NCBI RefSeq assembly: GCF_004010195.1
Contig: NC_057744.1
Span: 10,853,733-10,917,732 of the forward strand
From: Chiloscyllium plagiosum
Taxonomy: Eukaryota
Direction: 5' to 3'
DNA: 64,000 bases
The translations under genes were made by a program, and so were the position numbers. Positions within the stretch are counted from its first letter, which is position 1; every line of letters starts with the position of its first letter. Shown piece after piece: positions 1-11,582 of the stretch. The notes under the pieces were generated by a model. It was not told where the DNA came from. It searched no databases and saw only the letters and a list, made by a program, of their open reading frames with translations.

Positions 1-1191
1 CTCCATCAAGTAAAATAATCTTGTCTATTGACTTTTGAACCTACAAATTTTATATATGAGTTAATACTCCCAATGCAGAACTTGGAGGAGTACAATGGAG
101 GTGCGTAACAGATGTTTGGGTTTGTAGGAACATCAGCTGGTGTTATTGCTTTCTGTGCCAGAACTCCTGAGATGCATTCCTAACGTGTGAATTACTGTTT
201 AGGGATGGGTAACTTATACGATATACTCCACATGTTAAAGTAAACATTCAATCCTCCCACCATCAGCACATGAAATCTAGAGGACGCTTATTCAATTTAA
301 TCCTAAGACTGCCAACTATTAGAAAGAATTCCTGATCTAATAGCACTGTGAAAGTGTATTAAGTGCATAGAGTGCAGTGTAAAGAAAGAAGATTTGTCTT
401 TTTCCCAAATGCATCTAGAAATGCTCAATAAATGCTGGCCTTGCTTATGATTCCCATAGTCCAAAATGAATACAATGAAGCAATGGATTATCGAAAATGA
501 TATGAGAAATCTCAACAAGATCGCAGGGTATAAATGCAGATAATTGAAAGAGAAATTTAAAATACATATACAATTTTATTAAAGTGCAATGAGTATTTAT
601 AAAAATCATTGTATAGGCTAATGGAAAAAAATATTGTGGTTATAGAAAATGCAATTATGTGCTGTGAAAACAAGTTATACATATTTGAGCCAATTATTGT
701 TTTTTTTTGACATTAGAGATGGCTTACCAAGTTTCTACACCATTGGTAGAGGGAGTTGATGTTTAAAGTGGTGGATAGGGTGCCAACTGAGCAAACAGCA
801 TTTACCTGGATAATCCAGGCATGAAGTGAGTATCCAAGCAGCCTCAATGTGTGCCTAGTAGATGATGGCAAGGCTTTAGGAATTTGGGAACTGAACTGCT
901 GGTGGCTCAAGAAACTATTGCATTTTTGTCCAGGTTGAGTTACTAGTCAATTTGAATGGTAGAAGTTTCACAGATAGTCATGTCAACAAATGGTAAGGAA
1001 AGGTAGTTAGACTCCTTTTTTGTTAAGTAGTGATTACCTAACACTTGTCTGCAAATTTAAAGTGACACTTGTTGACTCAAGCAGAAGGTTATGAAAAGAA
1101 TATTTCTAGCATTAAGCACTGAAAGATGCGATCCAGCTTTCCTAATTCTGAGCTGTTTTATGACATAGATTCACAAGAATATTTTCAGAGG

Positions 1192-1651
1192 TATCAAATG
1201 TGATTCCAGGTAAATGATGAAAAAGAGGTGATCAGACTTACTGGAGAGTAACCAAGGCATGCATAGAGAAAGTCAGAAGTCACATGACACCAGGCTATAG
1301 TTCTACAGGTTTATTTGAAATCACAAGCTTTCAGAGCGCTGCTCCTTCATCAGGTGAAGTGCTCTGAAAACTTATGATTTCAAATTAACCTGTTGGACTA
1401 TAACCTGGTGCTACTGTGACTTATCAAATGTGATTCCAGGTAAATGATGAAAAAGAGGTGATCAGACTTACTGGAGATTAACCAAGGCATGCATAGAGAA
1501 AGTCAGAAGTCACATGACACCAGGCTATAGTTTTACAGGTTTATTTGAAATCACAAGCTTTCAGAGCGCTGCTCCTTCATCAGGTCAAGTGCTCTGAAAA
1601 CTTATGATTTCAAATTAACCTGTTGGACTATAACCTGGTGCTACTGTGACT
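1192..1651. repeat. Near-perfect 230-bp tandem duplication containing a fold-back Penelope-type terminus (CRYAB intron 1)
   Basis: 1192-1421 and 1422-1651 differ at about 3 positions. Confidence 0.9.
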
Positions 1652-4052
1652 TCTGACTTTGTCCATTCTAATCGAACACCAGCACCTCGCCATCATGCAT
1701 AGAGAGAGAAGAAGCAAAATTTCAGAGGATAAGTTTCTTCCACACAATTCCTAGTAGCTGGCTGAAATATTGTACAGAAAAGTTCAAGTTTATTTTGCAA
1801 TTGCATCAAATTATTTAATTTAGATATCAGGATAATTGAGGGCACAATATCATGATTTCCATTAGCCGTAAATTGTTCCATGGAAGTTTGTTGGCCAGCT
1901 TTCAGTGGATTCTACTGGAACATTCCTTTCATAAACAACATTCTGGCTTGTAAACTCAACCCACAGATCAAGGGACAAACAAAGTCATATGAAAAGACAG
2001 ATTAAATTGCACAAAGACAGACATTGTGGGAAACGTTAACTCATTCTAAGGTGAAGTATTATTACTAAGATTGTGGAGAATATTATCAGATAATATAAGG
2101 CTCAAAGTTTAAAATACTTTAAAACTTTCTTAAATTCAAATTATAACTTAAAGGCTAGGGGTGCTGTGGTACTCCCATTTTTGGCATCTGATGATATCCA
2201 GTAAGGCTTGATTTTCCCTACTCTAACAATGCAACTTAACACAAATTTAGAATTTTGATACTGCTCAAAAACAAGCAGTCTTATAGTCTATTTGAGTGAG
2301 ACTGCAATTGTTACCAAATATTAATTATTTCATTTGGAAATGAACTAGAAAACCAACATGAATCAAAGTCACACCCTACATATAATATTCAACCTTAAAG
2401 CAACATTGAAATTTAGCCTCTGGCATTGACAACGGCCTTTGTGGAAAAGTTTAGTATGATTGAGGTTATCATAAGCAAGGAGATAAAAGGTGACAGGGGA
2501 TAGGTGGAGATGTGGAGTGATTGAATCAGCCAGGATCTTATTGAAGGGACTGAATAACCTACTCATACTCCTACTTCATATGTTCATTTCAGTAAGCATC
2601 TCAGCTTGTCCAAAGTTCAATCACTGGCATGTGCCAGTCAGCATCAGGATATTGACAGCTTTAACAATTACCAATTTATTACTTAAAATGACTTTAATTT
2701 GAGCTAACTTGTCCTGCTAATATCTGTATCCCCCATTTGGAGGATGGAGGAAGTGGGGCACTTTGTAGTTAGTTTGGATTTCGCTGACCAAATAGTGATT
2801 CTTATTCCATTAGCTAAAGCAGACTTCAAACCTTCATCAATAAATATTTATATTTTTATTAACTTATTCAGACATGTTAGGACACATCTCTGTGACAAGT
2901 GGGACTTAAACCCACACCTTCTGACCCAGTGGCAGGGAGACTACCACTCTGACATAAGATTCTAAATTATTTTTAATCAACCTGTTCTGACGTATAATGA
3001 TGTACCTCCCAGATGGATAAGACATGAGCCTTGGAGCAGGGATACTACCTCTGTGTCACAAGATTCCACAAACCTTAGTCCTGCAAGTGCACAGATAGTG
3101 TTCCAATCAACAGTGCCATCAGCCTCCAATATCGGAGAAAATATTACTTTAGAAGACTTATTGGGTACCAGAGAATTTGATGTATTTCTAGCATTTCCTT
3201 TTGTTATTTTAAGTTTCCCAGCAAACAGAGTTTTTCTTATTATTGATTCTGGTTTTCTTGGGAATTAGTGTGTTCAGATACAGAAAATTTAGCCCACGTC
3301 TTTGGTCCTCACAAAATGACTCAAGATAACATTGAAAACCAATATTCCCACTAATTCAATTTGCAAATGGGAACAGACCTTAACGTTCCAATTTAGGACT
3401 TATCCCCCATTGAAACAATGACACTAACAATTTGTCAAAAAAATCTTATTATTTATTGCACTAATGAAGTGTGTTAATTAGCTATATATTTATGTATTTT
3501 AGAAATTCAGTGTAAGAACTTAAGAAATAGGCACAGGAGCAGTCGAATCAGCCTCCAAAGATCCTCAAGCTCAGCTTTATGTTGCTTAAATGTCCCATTT
3601 CACCCCTAATCGCCTTCTATCATGTCCCCTCATTCCATCAACCTTGGTCCTGAATATCATCTACAACTAAACACCCATAGCCTTCTCAGATAGAGAGTTC
3701 CAAAGATTCACAATCCTCTTAGCAAAAAAAAAGTTCTTTCCCACTCAGTTTGAAATGGCTGTTGCTTTATTTTGAAATTATATCCCCCTTTCCTATTTAT
3801 CATATAGATATACATGTTTATTCATCTTCCACTTTATCATACAGATTTATGTGCTTGTTACCTTCCTCTTTATGATATATACATAATACATATACACATA
3901 TAGAACAATTGGGAACATCCATTATTATTATGAGACAGACAATACATCCACAAAGATTGATCTGAGAGGTGAAGCTCCATATTAAGCAAATATTTTAGTC
4001 AAGTTGCAGGAAAATGCCACATCTTTAAAAAAATACTGTGCACAGAACATAC

Positions 4053-4259
4053 CTCTGATAGCCCAGATTGTACCCAGCTAGGCAGCCTGAACAAAGAGGA
4101 TGGCATTCGCCAGTAGAAGGGGCTAACCATAGATGAGGAGCTTGGGAAGAAATCAGGATCAAGGTTTTCCCCAAAGTGCTGGTCATAGATACGGGAGGGG
4201 AAGAGGAAATTCGGCAGAAGGGAACGCCGTAGCCAAGGAGTCTGAACTGCAATGTCCAT
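4053..4259 (-). CDS. CRYAB: alpha-B-crystallin (HSPB5), coding exon 1; exons 2-3 not found in the window
   Basis: Translates MDIAVQTPWLRRSLLPNFLFPSRIYDQHFGE...RLPSWVQSGLSE (69 aa). Ends at a GAG|GTATGT phase-0 donor, the same boundary as vertebrate CRYAB exon 1. Head-to-head with HSPB2. Confidence 0.95.
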
Positions 4260-4347
4260 CTTCACTTTCCTGTTAAACGCAGCAGGATGTATATTAGTGT
4301 AGTTGTACTATCTGCAGTCCAATGAGGGCCAGTTGGTGTGTCAGTCC

Positions 4348-4355
4348 TTTATATA
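4348..4355 (-). promoter_or_regulatory. CRYAB TATA box (TATATAAA)
   Basis: tttatata on the + strand, about 90 bp upstream of the CRYAB ATG. Confidence 0.75.
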
Positions 4356-4375
4356 CACAATGACACCCAATCCAT

Positions 4376-4390
4376 TGAACTTTCTGGAAA
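4376..4390. promoter_or_regulatory. Perfect three-unit heat-shock element upstream of the CRYAB TATA box
   Basis: tGAActTTCtgGAAa = nGAAnnTTCnnGAAn. Confidence 0.8.
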
Positions 4391-5619
4391 ACTGATGCAA
4401 GGCTGATTGACTCTGTCATGTGATTTCATTGTTTAGGGATTTATGTTTTGAGAGGGAGGATTAGAACTGACACAAGCAGTGGACCAGTCTCTGCACTGCT
4501 GGACAAAGCTCTGCTGATCACTCTCTTCCTCTGCTGGCACTGCTTCGGAATGCCAGAGGAGATGACCTCATGGCATTTCAATAGGAGGCCATTGTATTGA
4601 GAGGAATATTATGTTGTTTCAGGTTTTGTTTTAAAAAATAAATGATTAAAGATTTTAGTTCCTTTTGTGTCTCTGTGTGCTGGGTTATCTGAATGCTGAA
4701 TTCAAACATTGAAGATGGCAAACAGAAGGGCTGTAGTTCAGAAATAGACTCCCAGTGATTAGCCTCTGATGTCACCTTTCTGGGTATTTGTAGCTTCTGG
4801 CAGTGACTGAATGTTTAACAGGGAAGAATCTGGACTGGGCCACTCCATTCTCTCGCTGTGTTTTGTGCCCTCCAAAGTTTTTGGAAAATAAAGAAGGCTG
4901 GAAGAGAAATAATTATCTCATAGGATAATTGTCTCTTCTCTATATTGAAAAATATCACATTAATTAGAGCAGATTAGCTACTTCAGAAGATGCTAGATCC
5001 TTGTACCTCCTTCCAAAATTGCAGTGTTGTTATTCCAGCACTTACCCTTCTATAATATTCTGTTGCTTGCCCTTCAATAGGATTAAAGTCACTAACAGAT
5101 TGTAATATTAAAGTGTGTATTGTACTGTAATCAGTACAAATGAACTTGCTGATGGAATTATCCATCACAGGATAGCTTTTAATTGCCAACTTTTAAAATA
5201 TTTCATTATATCTATTTTCCTTGGGAACTTTGAAGCAAAGTTTTAAAGTTTTTAAAGAAAGTTTTCTTCAGAATTGGCGCTTGAAGCTGGTCAGTTCAAA
5301 GATGGTGTCTGCCTCAAGTTGAAAGCCAGTGATATAGAGTTGAGTTTTCACGTTGCTTGGAACGATTGTAACCCTTATATAATGCTTTTCTCAACCCAGG
5401 TGCCAGCCATGGTCATCCAGGAGGACTCTCTCTCTCTTCGTTTTGCCCCCTACCACGGAAACAGATCACAGTAAATTACAGAGTTCTTTGTAAATCCTTA
5501 CTGATCAAAAGTAGTTCAGTGATTATTCTTCATTTCTTTATAGTTGAAATGCTATTGGTAACAAAGTTACCTGTGAAATTTTGACCTTTCATCTCCGCAT
5601 TCTTAAAAAGAAATTTATT

Positions 5620-6010
5620 GTGCAGAAACTGAGAATGCTGGAGAAACGCTGCAGTTCTGGCAAAATCTGTTCCAAGGGTGACTGGACACGAAACGTTTTC
5701 TTTTTCTCTCTCCACAGCCACTGCCAGACCTGCTGAGTTTCTCCAACATTCTCTATTTTTCGTCTCAGATTTCCGACATAGTTCTTTGCTTTATTTGATT
5801 TTACAGGTCGCCCAGAGCGGATTCTGTGTTTCCTAACGGGACATCAGAAGACAATGTGAGCCATCCACGACCAAGCCAACAACACTATCTTGCAGAGAAA
5901 GCAGAGTTCACGTTTCAAGTCCTGTGACTCTTCTTCAGATGCTGCCGGACCTGCTGAGTTTCTCCAGCAATTCCTGGTGAGGCTTCAGATCTCCAGTAGT
6001 TTTGTATTGT
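5620..6010. mobile_element. Two decayed fold-back Penelope-type termini in the CRYAB-HSPB2 intergenic region
   Basis: tgctggagaaac...gacctgctgagtttctcca inverted arms; same family as 23215-23435 and 30989-32011. Confidence 0.65.
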
Positions 6011-6131
6011 AAAGACAGGGTGTGGCACTGTTGTCTGTTTCCCAGAGGAGATCTCCAGTGCTTTTGGAGCGCTCCATACTTTCTCAGTGCCCTGCTCTAT
6101 TTCCGTCCGGATTTAACAGCACCCCTCCCTC

Positions 6132-6141
6132 AGGAATGTTC
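6132..6141. promoter_or_regulatory. M-CAT (TEAD) motif AGGAATG overlapping a two-unit GAAnnTTC, upstream of HSPB2
   Basis: caggaatgttc about 120 bp before the HSPB2 ATG; short motif, function inferred. Confidence 0.35.
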
Positions 6142-6252
6142 TGACAGAAACGACTCTGAGGTTTCTGAGACGGACTGACCACAGTCTGCTGGGCCAGGCT
6201 GATCAGACCAGTGTGTGTTGTCGTTGGGTTTCCCTGCTTGCTGAGCCTGACA

Positions 6253-6346
6253 ATGGAGGACAAGACCATCCCACATGCTTATCCGATGAGTGTAGAGTAC
6301 GAGAAGGAGACACCGACAACTATCCACGACCAGAACTTCGGGGAAG
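6253..6346 (+). CDS. HSPB2: Heat shock protein beta-2, coding exon 1
   Basis: MEDKTIPHAYPMSVEYEKETPTTIHDQNFGE(G); 94 nt; donor G|GTAAAT (phase 1); resembles the HSPB2 N-terminus (VPHAHP..EYE...FGEG). Confidence 0.93.
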
Positions 6347-7164
6347 GTAAATTTATTTCGCCTTTTGACCGTGAAATTGTGCGTGGCAAAGCTGTGCAGC
6401 CCAGCTCTGAACCGGCTTCGTGAATTTCTCAAAGTCTGGGGCTACAGTAAACAACACCAATACTGACGGTGTGTTTTGGAAGGGCATGTGAAATCTTAAG
6501 TGAACTCGTACTTGTGACAATTTTTAAAAATAGTGCTGGAGAAACTCGTCAGGTTTGGCAGCATCTGTGGAGAGAGTAACAGAACTGATGTATGGAGTCC
6601 AGTCTGACCCTTTGTAGTAGTAACAGGTGTCCTTATTCCCTGTTTAACTCCTGCTATCCTCAGGAAGTGGAGTTCAGTAAACGATGGGTTCAAGAGCTGT
6701 TAACCACACTCCTCTAATTCACCTTCTGCCCTTCCCATCCCCACTTTAAAGCCAGCATTGTTTTCCTGGACCCCACGATTATCCAACAATGATCAGATCT
6801 GTACAGTTGGGAGGTGGCACTGAATGGTTTATCTATCATCTTCTGACATGTTTGTGTGTGTATGTTTGGTGAGGGAGGGGTGTGTGTGAAAATCTGCAGG
6901 TTCCAATTCCAGGTTGTATAGTTCTCAGAGCCCAGGAAGGAACAAGATTGTATCCAATAACATTCAGGCTGTGTGGAGTCTTAAAACAGTACCAGGGTAG
7001 TTAAGCTAATAACAGTTCAATTTTAAAAATCTTTTCTTCATTGAACAGCATTTCATATTTTTGGAATTTAAAGTAAAGTTTATTTTAAAATTATTTTATT
7101 TTAAATATAAGGTGGCTGTATGGTGTGTGACTTACAGTTTAGTAACTTCCAATATATTTTCCAG

Positions 7165-7619
7165 GTTTGTCACCAGAAGATATTTTAGCTCCTACATTAT
7201 ACCATGGTTATTACATCAGACCCAGGATCAATAAGCAACTGGACCGAGGCTTTTCAACAATTGAAACAAAGCATCATAAGTTTCAGGTATTTCTGGATGT
7301 GTGCCAGTTCCTGCCGGATGAGATCTCCGTCCGGACAGTGGATAACCTTCTGGAAGTGTCTGGAAGGCATCCACAGAAACTGGACAGTCACGGGTTTATC
7401 TCCCGGGAGTTCACCCGCACCTACATCCTACCCCTGGACGTGGACCCTCTGCTTGTTCGGTCATCACTGTCCCATGATGGTATCCTGTGCATTGAGGCGC
7501 AAAGAAAAGGAGATGAGATCCAGCCCAAAGTAAACCAAGTGAAACTCAACGTGGAGTCAGCGCCCATGGCAAAGGAGCCTGGGGAAGACCCTGGAAAAGA
7601 GAAACAGAAGGATAAGTAG
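7165..7619 (+). CDS. HSPB2: Heat shock protein beta-2, coding exon 2 (alpha-crystallin domain)
   Basis: Acceptor ttttccag|GT. Translates LSPEDILAPTLYHGYYIRPR...FQVFLDVCQFLPDEISVRTVDNLLEVSGRHPQKLDSHGFISREFTRTYILP...LSHDGIL. The spliced ORF is 549 nt = 182 aa + stop. Confidence 0.97.
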
Positions 7620-8073
7620 CTCTTGCAGTAGGATGGGCAGACCTCCAATAATTGATTTTGATAGCAGGTCTTCTGTTAATACACCTGATCTCCTCTAGAA
7701 AGCAGGGCAAAATATTACAATGACTGGGCTACAAGTGAGTTATCAGTTAATTAAAGTTGCAAACAAACCTAAAAAAAGGCTTGTTTTGACAATTTAATAT
7801 CTTTTGTATTTATAAAGCTAGAAACCTAATTATTAATAATTGATGGAAATTCAGTCTGATGATTGGTCTCATGATTAAGACATGCCTTTGATTTATTGCT
7901 CTTTGCTCCTGTTCTCTGGAAGAAAATGACACATATTGGAGCACATATACATAATGTGTCCTCAGCTAACTTCGAAGATTCTTCACAATTTCATGGCTCA
8001 GCCTGACTTGCTGACTAAGAATCCATCTCTCCAGTTTAACTTTCTGGACCATCAAGCTGGTCTCCTTTCACAG

Positions 8074-8273
8074 CTGCTGGCTAACTAAGCACCTACGAGG
8101 AATTGAGGCTGGGACCCGCATAGTCTCTACATCTGAGCATTGCACTACTTTCCACTGAGCTATTGGCAAATCTTTTCTGCCATTTCTGATGTACAGCTTG
8201 TTGAATAATGAACCAAATTTATTAACAAACACTTTGACAACTAATGTATCCAAAATGCGTTTATTTGAAACCT
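8074..8273 (+). pseudogene. Candidate exon of the cryptic gene (weak boundaries; in-frame TGA at 8156-8158)
   Basis: tcctttcacag| then CWLTKHLRGIEAGTRIVSTSEHCTTFH*AIGKSFLPFLMYSLLNN...MRLFET |gtaatg; resembles the M14 'HGNEAVGRELLIFLAQYL' segment. Confidence 0.3.
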
Positions 8274-8893
8274 GTAATGACAACCGTTATTGCTTTTTAG
8301 CTGCAATTAAAAAAAATGGCACTGAAATAATTGTTTGGGGAATGCTCTCAACTGTTTCTTTTGAGTAACTTAGCATCAGCTAAAAAAAATTACATTCGAC
8401 AGGTCACGCATTTTTCAAAACTATGACAATAAATTGTAATTGATCTTAATAGGAGATTTGGCGTTCAGAGCTAAATCACTTAAAGGCTATTTTTAACCTG
8501 CAAAAGTGGTGGCAAAACAAGCAGTCTGGATTGTCCTGCTGTTGTTTAACCCACCCGATTTTCCAATGTGGTCTGCAATGGTCCCTCAGTCATTAGCAGC
8601 AGTTTTCCAGCCCTGTGAGAAATTAAAATCAGCTCTGCAATCTAAAGATGTAAATTAGTGTATAAAAGCTAAAATAACAAATGTCAGAAATTTGAAATAA
8701 AAGTATAAAATAAACAATACGTTTAGCAGCAACTGAGGAGAAATTAGAGATTGATATTTCCAGTAGTGGTCTGTGGTTTTGACCGAAGTTCTCTGCTAAA
8801 ATGGGATCCTATATTTTGCTACTCAAATTGTAGACTAGCGAATTCTCTTGAAAGATGGTGGCTTTGCCTGTCAAGTGATGTTTTCATTTCCAG

Positions 8894-9000
8894 TCCTTGA
8901 TATTTCCTTTTCTCCTGACTGAGGTCAGGAAACTGTTTGCACAGTTGACCCATAGGATAATTTATACAGCTTTTTGCAAGTGGAGTGTCATGTTTGAAAT
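8894..9000 (+). pseudogene. Candidate exon of the cryptic gene (alternative acceptor at 8956)
   Basis: ttttcatttccag| LDISFSPD*GQETVCTVDP*DNLYSFLQVECHV*N |gtgagt; phase 1 to phase 0. Confidence 0.35.
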
Positions 9001-9124
9001 GTGAGTACTGAGACAATTGGTGCTACCAGTTCTACCTCATTTTCAGTCCTTCTTAATTGCACCATGACTGAAGATTTGTGCTACTATTCTCCATGAAGCG
9101 CACTGCCACATCAATGCCCCACTC

Positions 9125-9260
9125 ACCCCTTCCCGTGACCACTTCTGCCTTAAGTGTAACAGAGTCTGTGGTAGCTGCATTGGTCTGTACAGCCACTTAC
9201 GGACTCACTCTGAGACTGGAAGAGAGTCATCGTTGTCTGTGAGGGACCGCAGATAAATGA
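9125..9260 (+). mobile_element. RTE-clade LINE 3' remnant
   Basis: Translates HFCLKCNRVCGSCIGLYSHLRTH, the C-terminal CxxCxRxC...IGLxSHxRxH motif of RTE ORF2. Confidence 0.65.
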
Positions 9261-9492
9261 AATATTCTCCATTTCTTTCTTGCATGTAATATTGTAACAC
9301 AGTAAAATAATTGACTTCAATACAACCTGTATCCTGTGGCATATTCATCGGGTTTTTTTTATAGCATCTGTAACACTTCACAAAAGAAAGATTAGCGTTT
9401 TATGCAACTCTCTTTCTAACTGTATCCACTTGTTTCAGTTTCCTCTGTCTTGGAGGTGTTTGGGCAACTTTTTATATTTTTCTGTGTTTCAG

Positions 9493-9579
9493 CTGTGCAC
9501 AGACATTAATAATTCTTATTTTGTAAGATGCCAATGTATTAGAAGTTATGGAGAAATGCTTCAATTCCTCCCACATGAG
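9493..9579 (+). pseudogene. Candidate exon of the cryptic gene
   Basis: Strong acceptor ttttatatttttctgtgtttcag| LCTDINNSYFVRCQCIRSYGEMLQFLPHE |gtaaaa; 87 nt, phase 0-0. Confidence 0.5.
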
Positions 9580-10589
9580 GTAAAAACTCAACTAACATGG
9601 GTTATGTATCTTAACAAGCATTATATGTTTCCTCCATGAAGTGAAATGGGGGTAAAAGTCAATTAGACACATTCTATTTTAAGAACAGCTACAAGCACAG
9701 TTACATCAACAAATTAAACTCCTAATGGGTTGAAAATTACTTTCTGCTATTGCCTAGACCACAGAACAAGATATATGAACAACAGTAAATTCATCAGTTG
9801 GAAGTGACTCATCAGGAAGTAGAATTGCTGAGGAATATATATCACCTATTGTAGTTCCATAACCAAGTTTTAAAATAGTTTTTAACAAGTGTTTATTGAC
9901 ATGCCACCTCTTGACCCTGATCATGAAATATTCAGTATTGTTAATATAGATTGGTTTTTATCCTCTTAGTTCTGAACTTCATTTGCAGCTCTTAAACTGC
10001 ACCTTCTCATTCCGATGTAAAATCCAAAAAATATTTCACCTCCTGTGTTTTTTAAATGCAGAAGTATTGCATAAAATAGAATTAGGGAAATATATAGAAA
10101 GGCAGGATGTTTTGATTCAGTATCATGAATAATCTATTGTTATTGCAATCATGGTCCACATTTACTTTGAGGTTCTGATTGACCATATTGAACTTTATAT
10201 AAAATTTTGAATTGAAATATTGAACAAATGAGTAAACACATTTTTAAAAATTATAAAGTAATTCAAATTGCGCATTTTAGTATTTTCTTTAATCGAAGAG
10301 AAAAAATGAAAGATAAAAATTTAAAGAATAATATTAATTATAAAATTAATATTAATTACAAAATATGGATAAATTGGATTGCTTATTTTCCATAATGTAT
10401 GATGTTACCAAAAAACAAAACTGCATCAATTACAATTTCACATCTTAATGTTTAGAACATGTTATTAACCTTCATTTCATTCAACTTAACATACTGAAAA
10501 TGTGCTTTTATTGCAAGATAAAATGGTAGCTTACATAAATTCAACAAAGCAGGTCTACTAAGGAGAACTTAAAGATAACAAAGTCGAAA

Positions 10590-11582
10590 CATTTGTGACA
10601 CAATAGGTACAGATGAATGTACATCACACAACAATCACCAGCCAGGAGTGTTCCTTCCCAGTCGGAGAACACTTCAGCAGTCCGGGACAATCAGCCTTGG
10701 ACCTTCGGGTGACCATCCTCCAAGGCGGACTTCAGGACAAGCAACAACACAATGTGGCCGAGCATAGGCTGATATCCAAGTTCGGTACCCATGGGGATGA
10801 TCTCAATTGGAACGTTGGGTTCATGTCACACTACAGGTGACCCCACTGCACTACACACTTGCACACATGCACGCAAGTGCGCGCGTGCACTTACACACAC
10901 ACACTCCTACAGACCCATTCACTCATGCAGACCCTCATACACCAGCTCTCTCTCATATGCTCACACCCCCCAGACTCACACCCACACACACATCCTCTCA
11001 CTGACTTATTCGCCTTTATATTCACACAGATATACACACACTCTCTCACAGAGACTCACACCACCACCCCCTGCCCCACACACACACATACCCACATGTA
11101 CACACACATATATAAGTTTGTAGGGTGTATTTGTACTTACATAATTACATTTTATTTGCTCGAAAACTGCATGAATCCATGTAAGATTCTGTAAGTCCCT
11201 TTTTTAGAAATAGAATCAGTCTGAACATTGGGGCACAGACAGCCTCACACAGGGCACCTCACACCTTCAATGCATTATTTGAGCTGACACGGCACCTATT
11301 TTTAAAGTTCACTTCAGAATATAACTTTACAAAAACCTCTGGGATTTACTTATGAAAGAACTGAAACCAACATGGTCATTCTAAAAGATTAGACTTAACA
11401 AACAATCCAGGTATTTTTCAATATATCGTTTCAGTTACATCACACTGTAAACTTTTGCAATGAATTCTGTGTCTTATGATCTTTTACTCCACAACCACCT
11501 GATGAAGGAGCAGCGCTCCGAAAGCTAGTGCTTCCAAATAGACCTGTTGGACTATAACCTGTTGCTGTGTGATTTTAACTCT
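10590..11582 (+). mobile_element. Penelope-like element 3' part (GIY-YIG C-terminus, CA-rich tract, hammerhead-bearing terminus)
   Basis: ORF 10613: PVGEHFSSPGQSALDLRVTILQGGL...EHRLISKFGTHGDDLN; 3' part homologous to 63422-63922. Confidence 0.8.
11496..11530 (+). ncRNA. Minimal type I hammerhead ribozyme motif (Penelope-associated)
   Basis: CAC CTGATGA A GGAGC-agc-GCTCC GAAA GC TA GTG: core, stem II, palindromic stem III, stem I CAC/GTG. Confidence 0.65.

Noticed and set aside
1-4050. CRYAB exons 2-3, including the EKDK-containing ORF at 303-518
   Set aside because: No LDVKHF/PEEL or HEERQ motifs found; these exons presumably lie left of the window.
7204-7648. Alternative-frame and antisense ORFs over HSPB2 exon 2
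   Set aside because: Shadows of the real coding frame.
9758-9862. Possible extra exon TTEQDI*TTVNSSVGSDSSG...
   Set aside because: Weak donor, contains a stop, and is not needed to join the flanking candidate exons.
10791-11194. His/Thr-rich ORFs
   Set aside because: Translation of a degenerate (CA)n tract inside a Penelope-like element.
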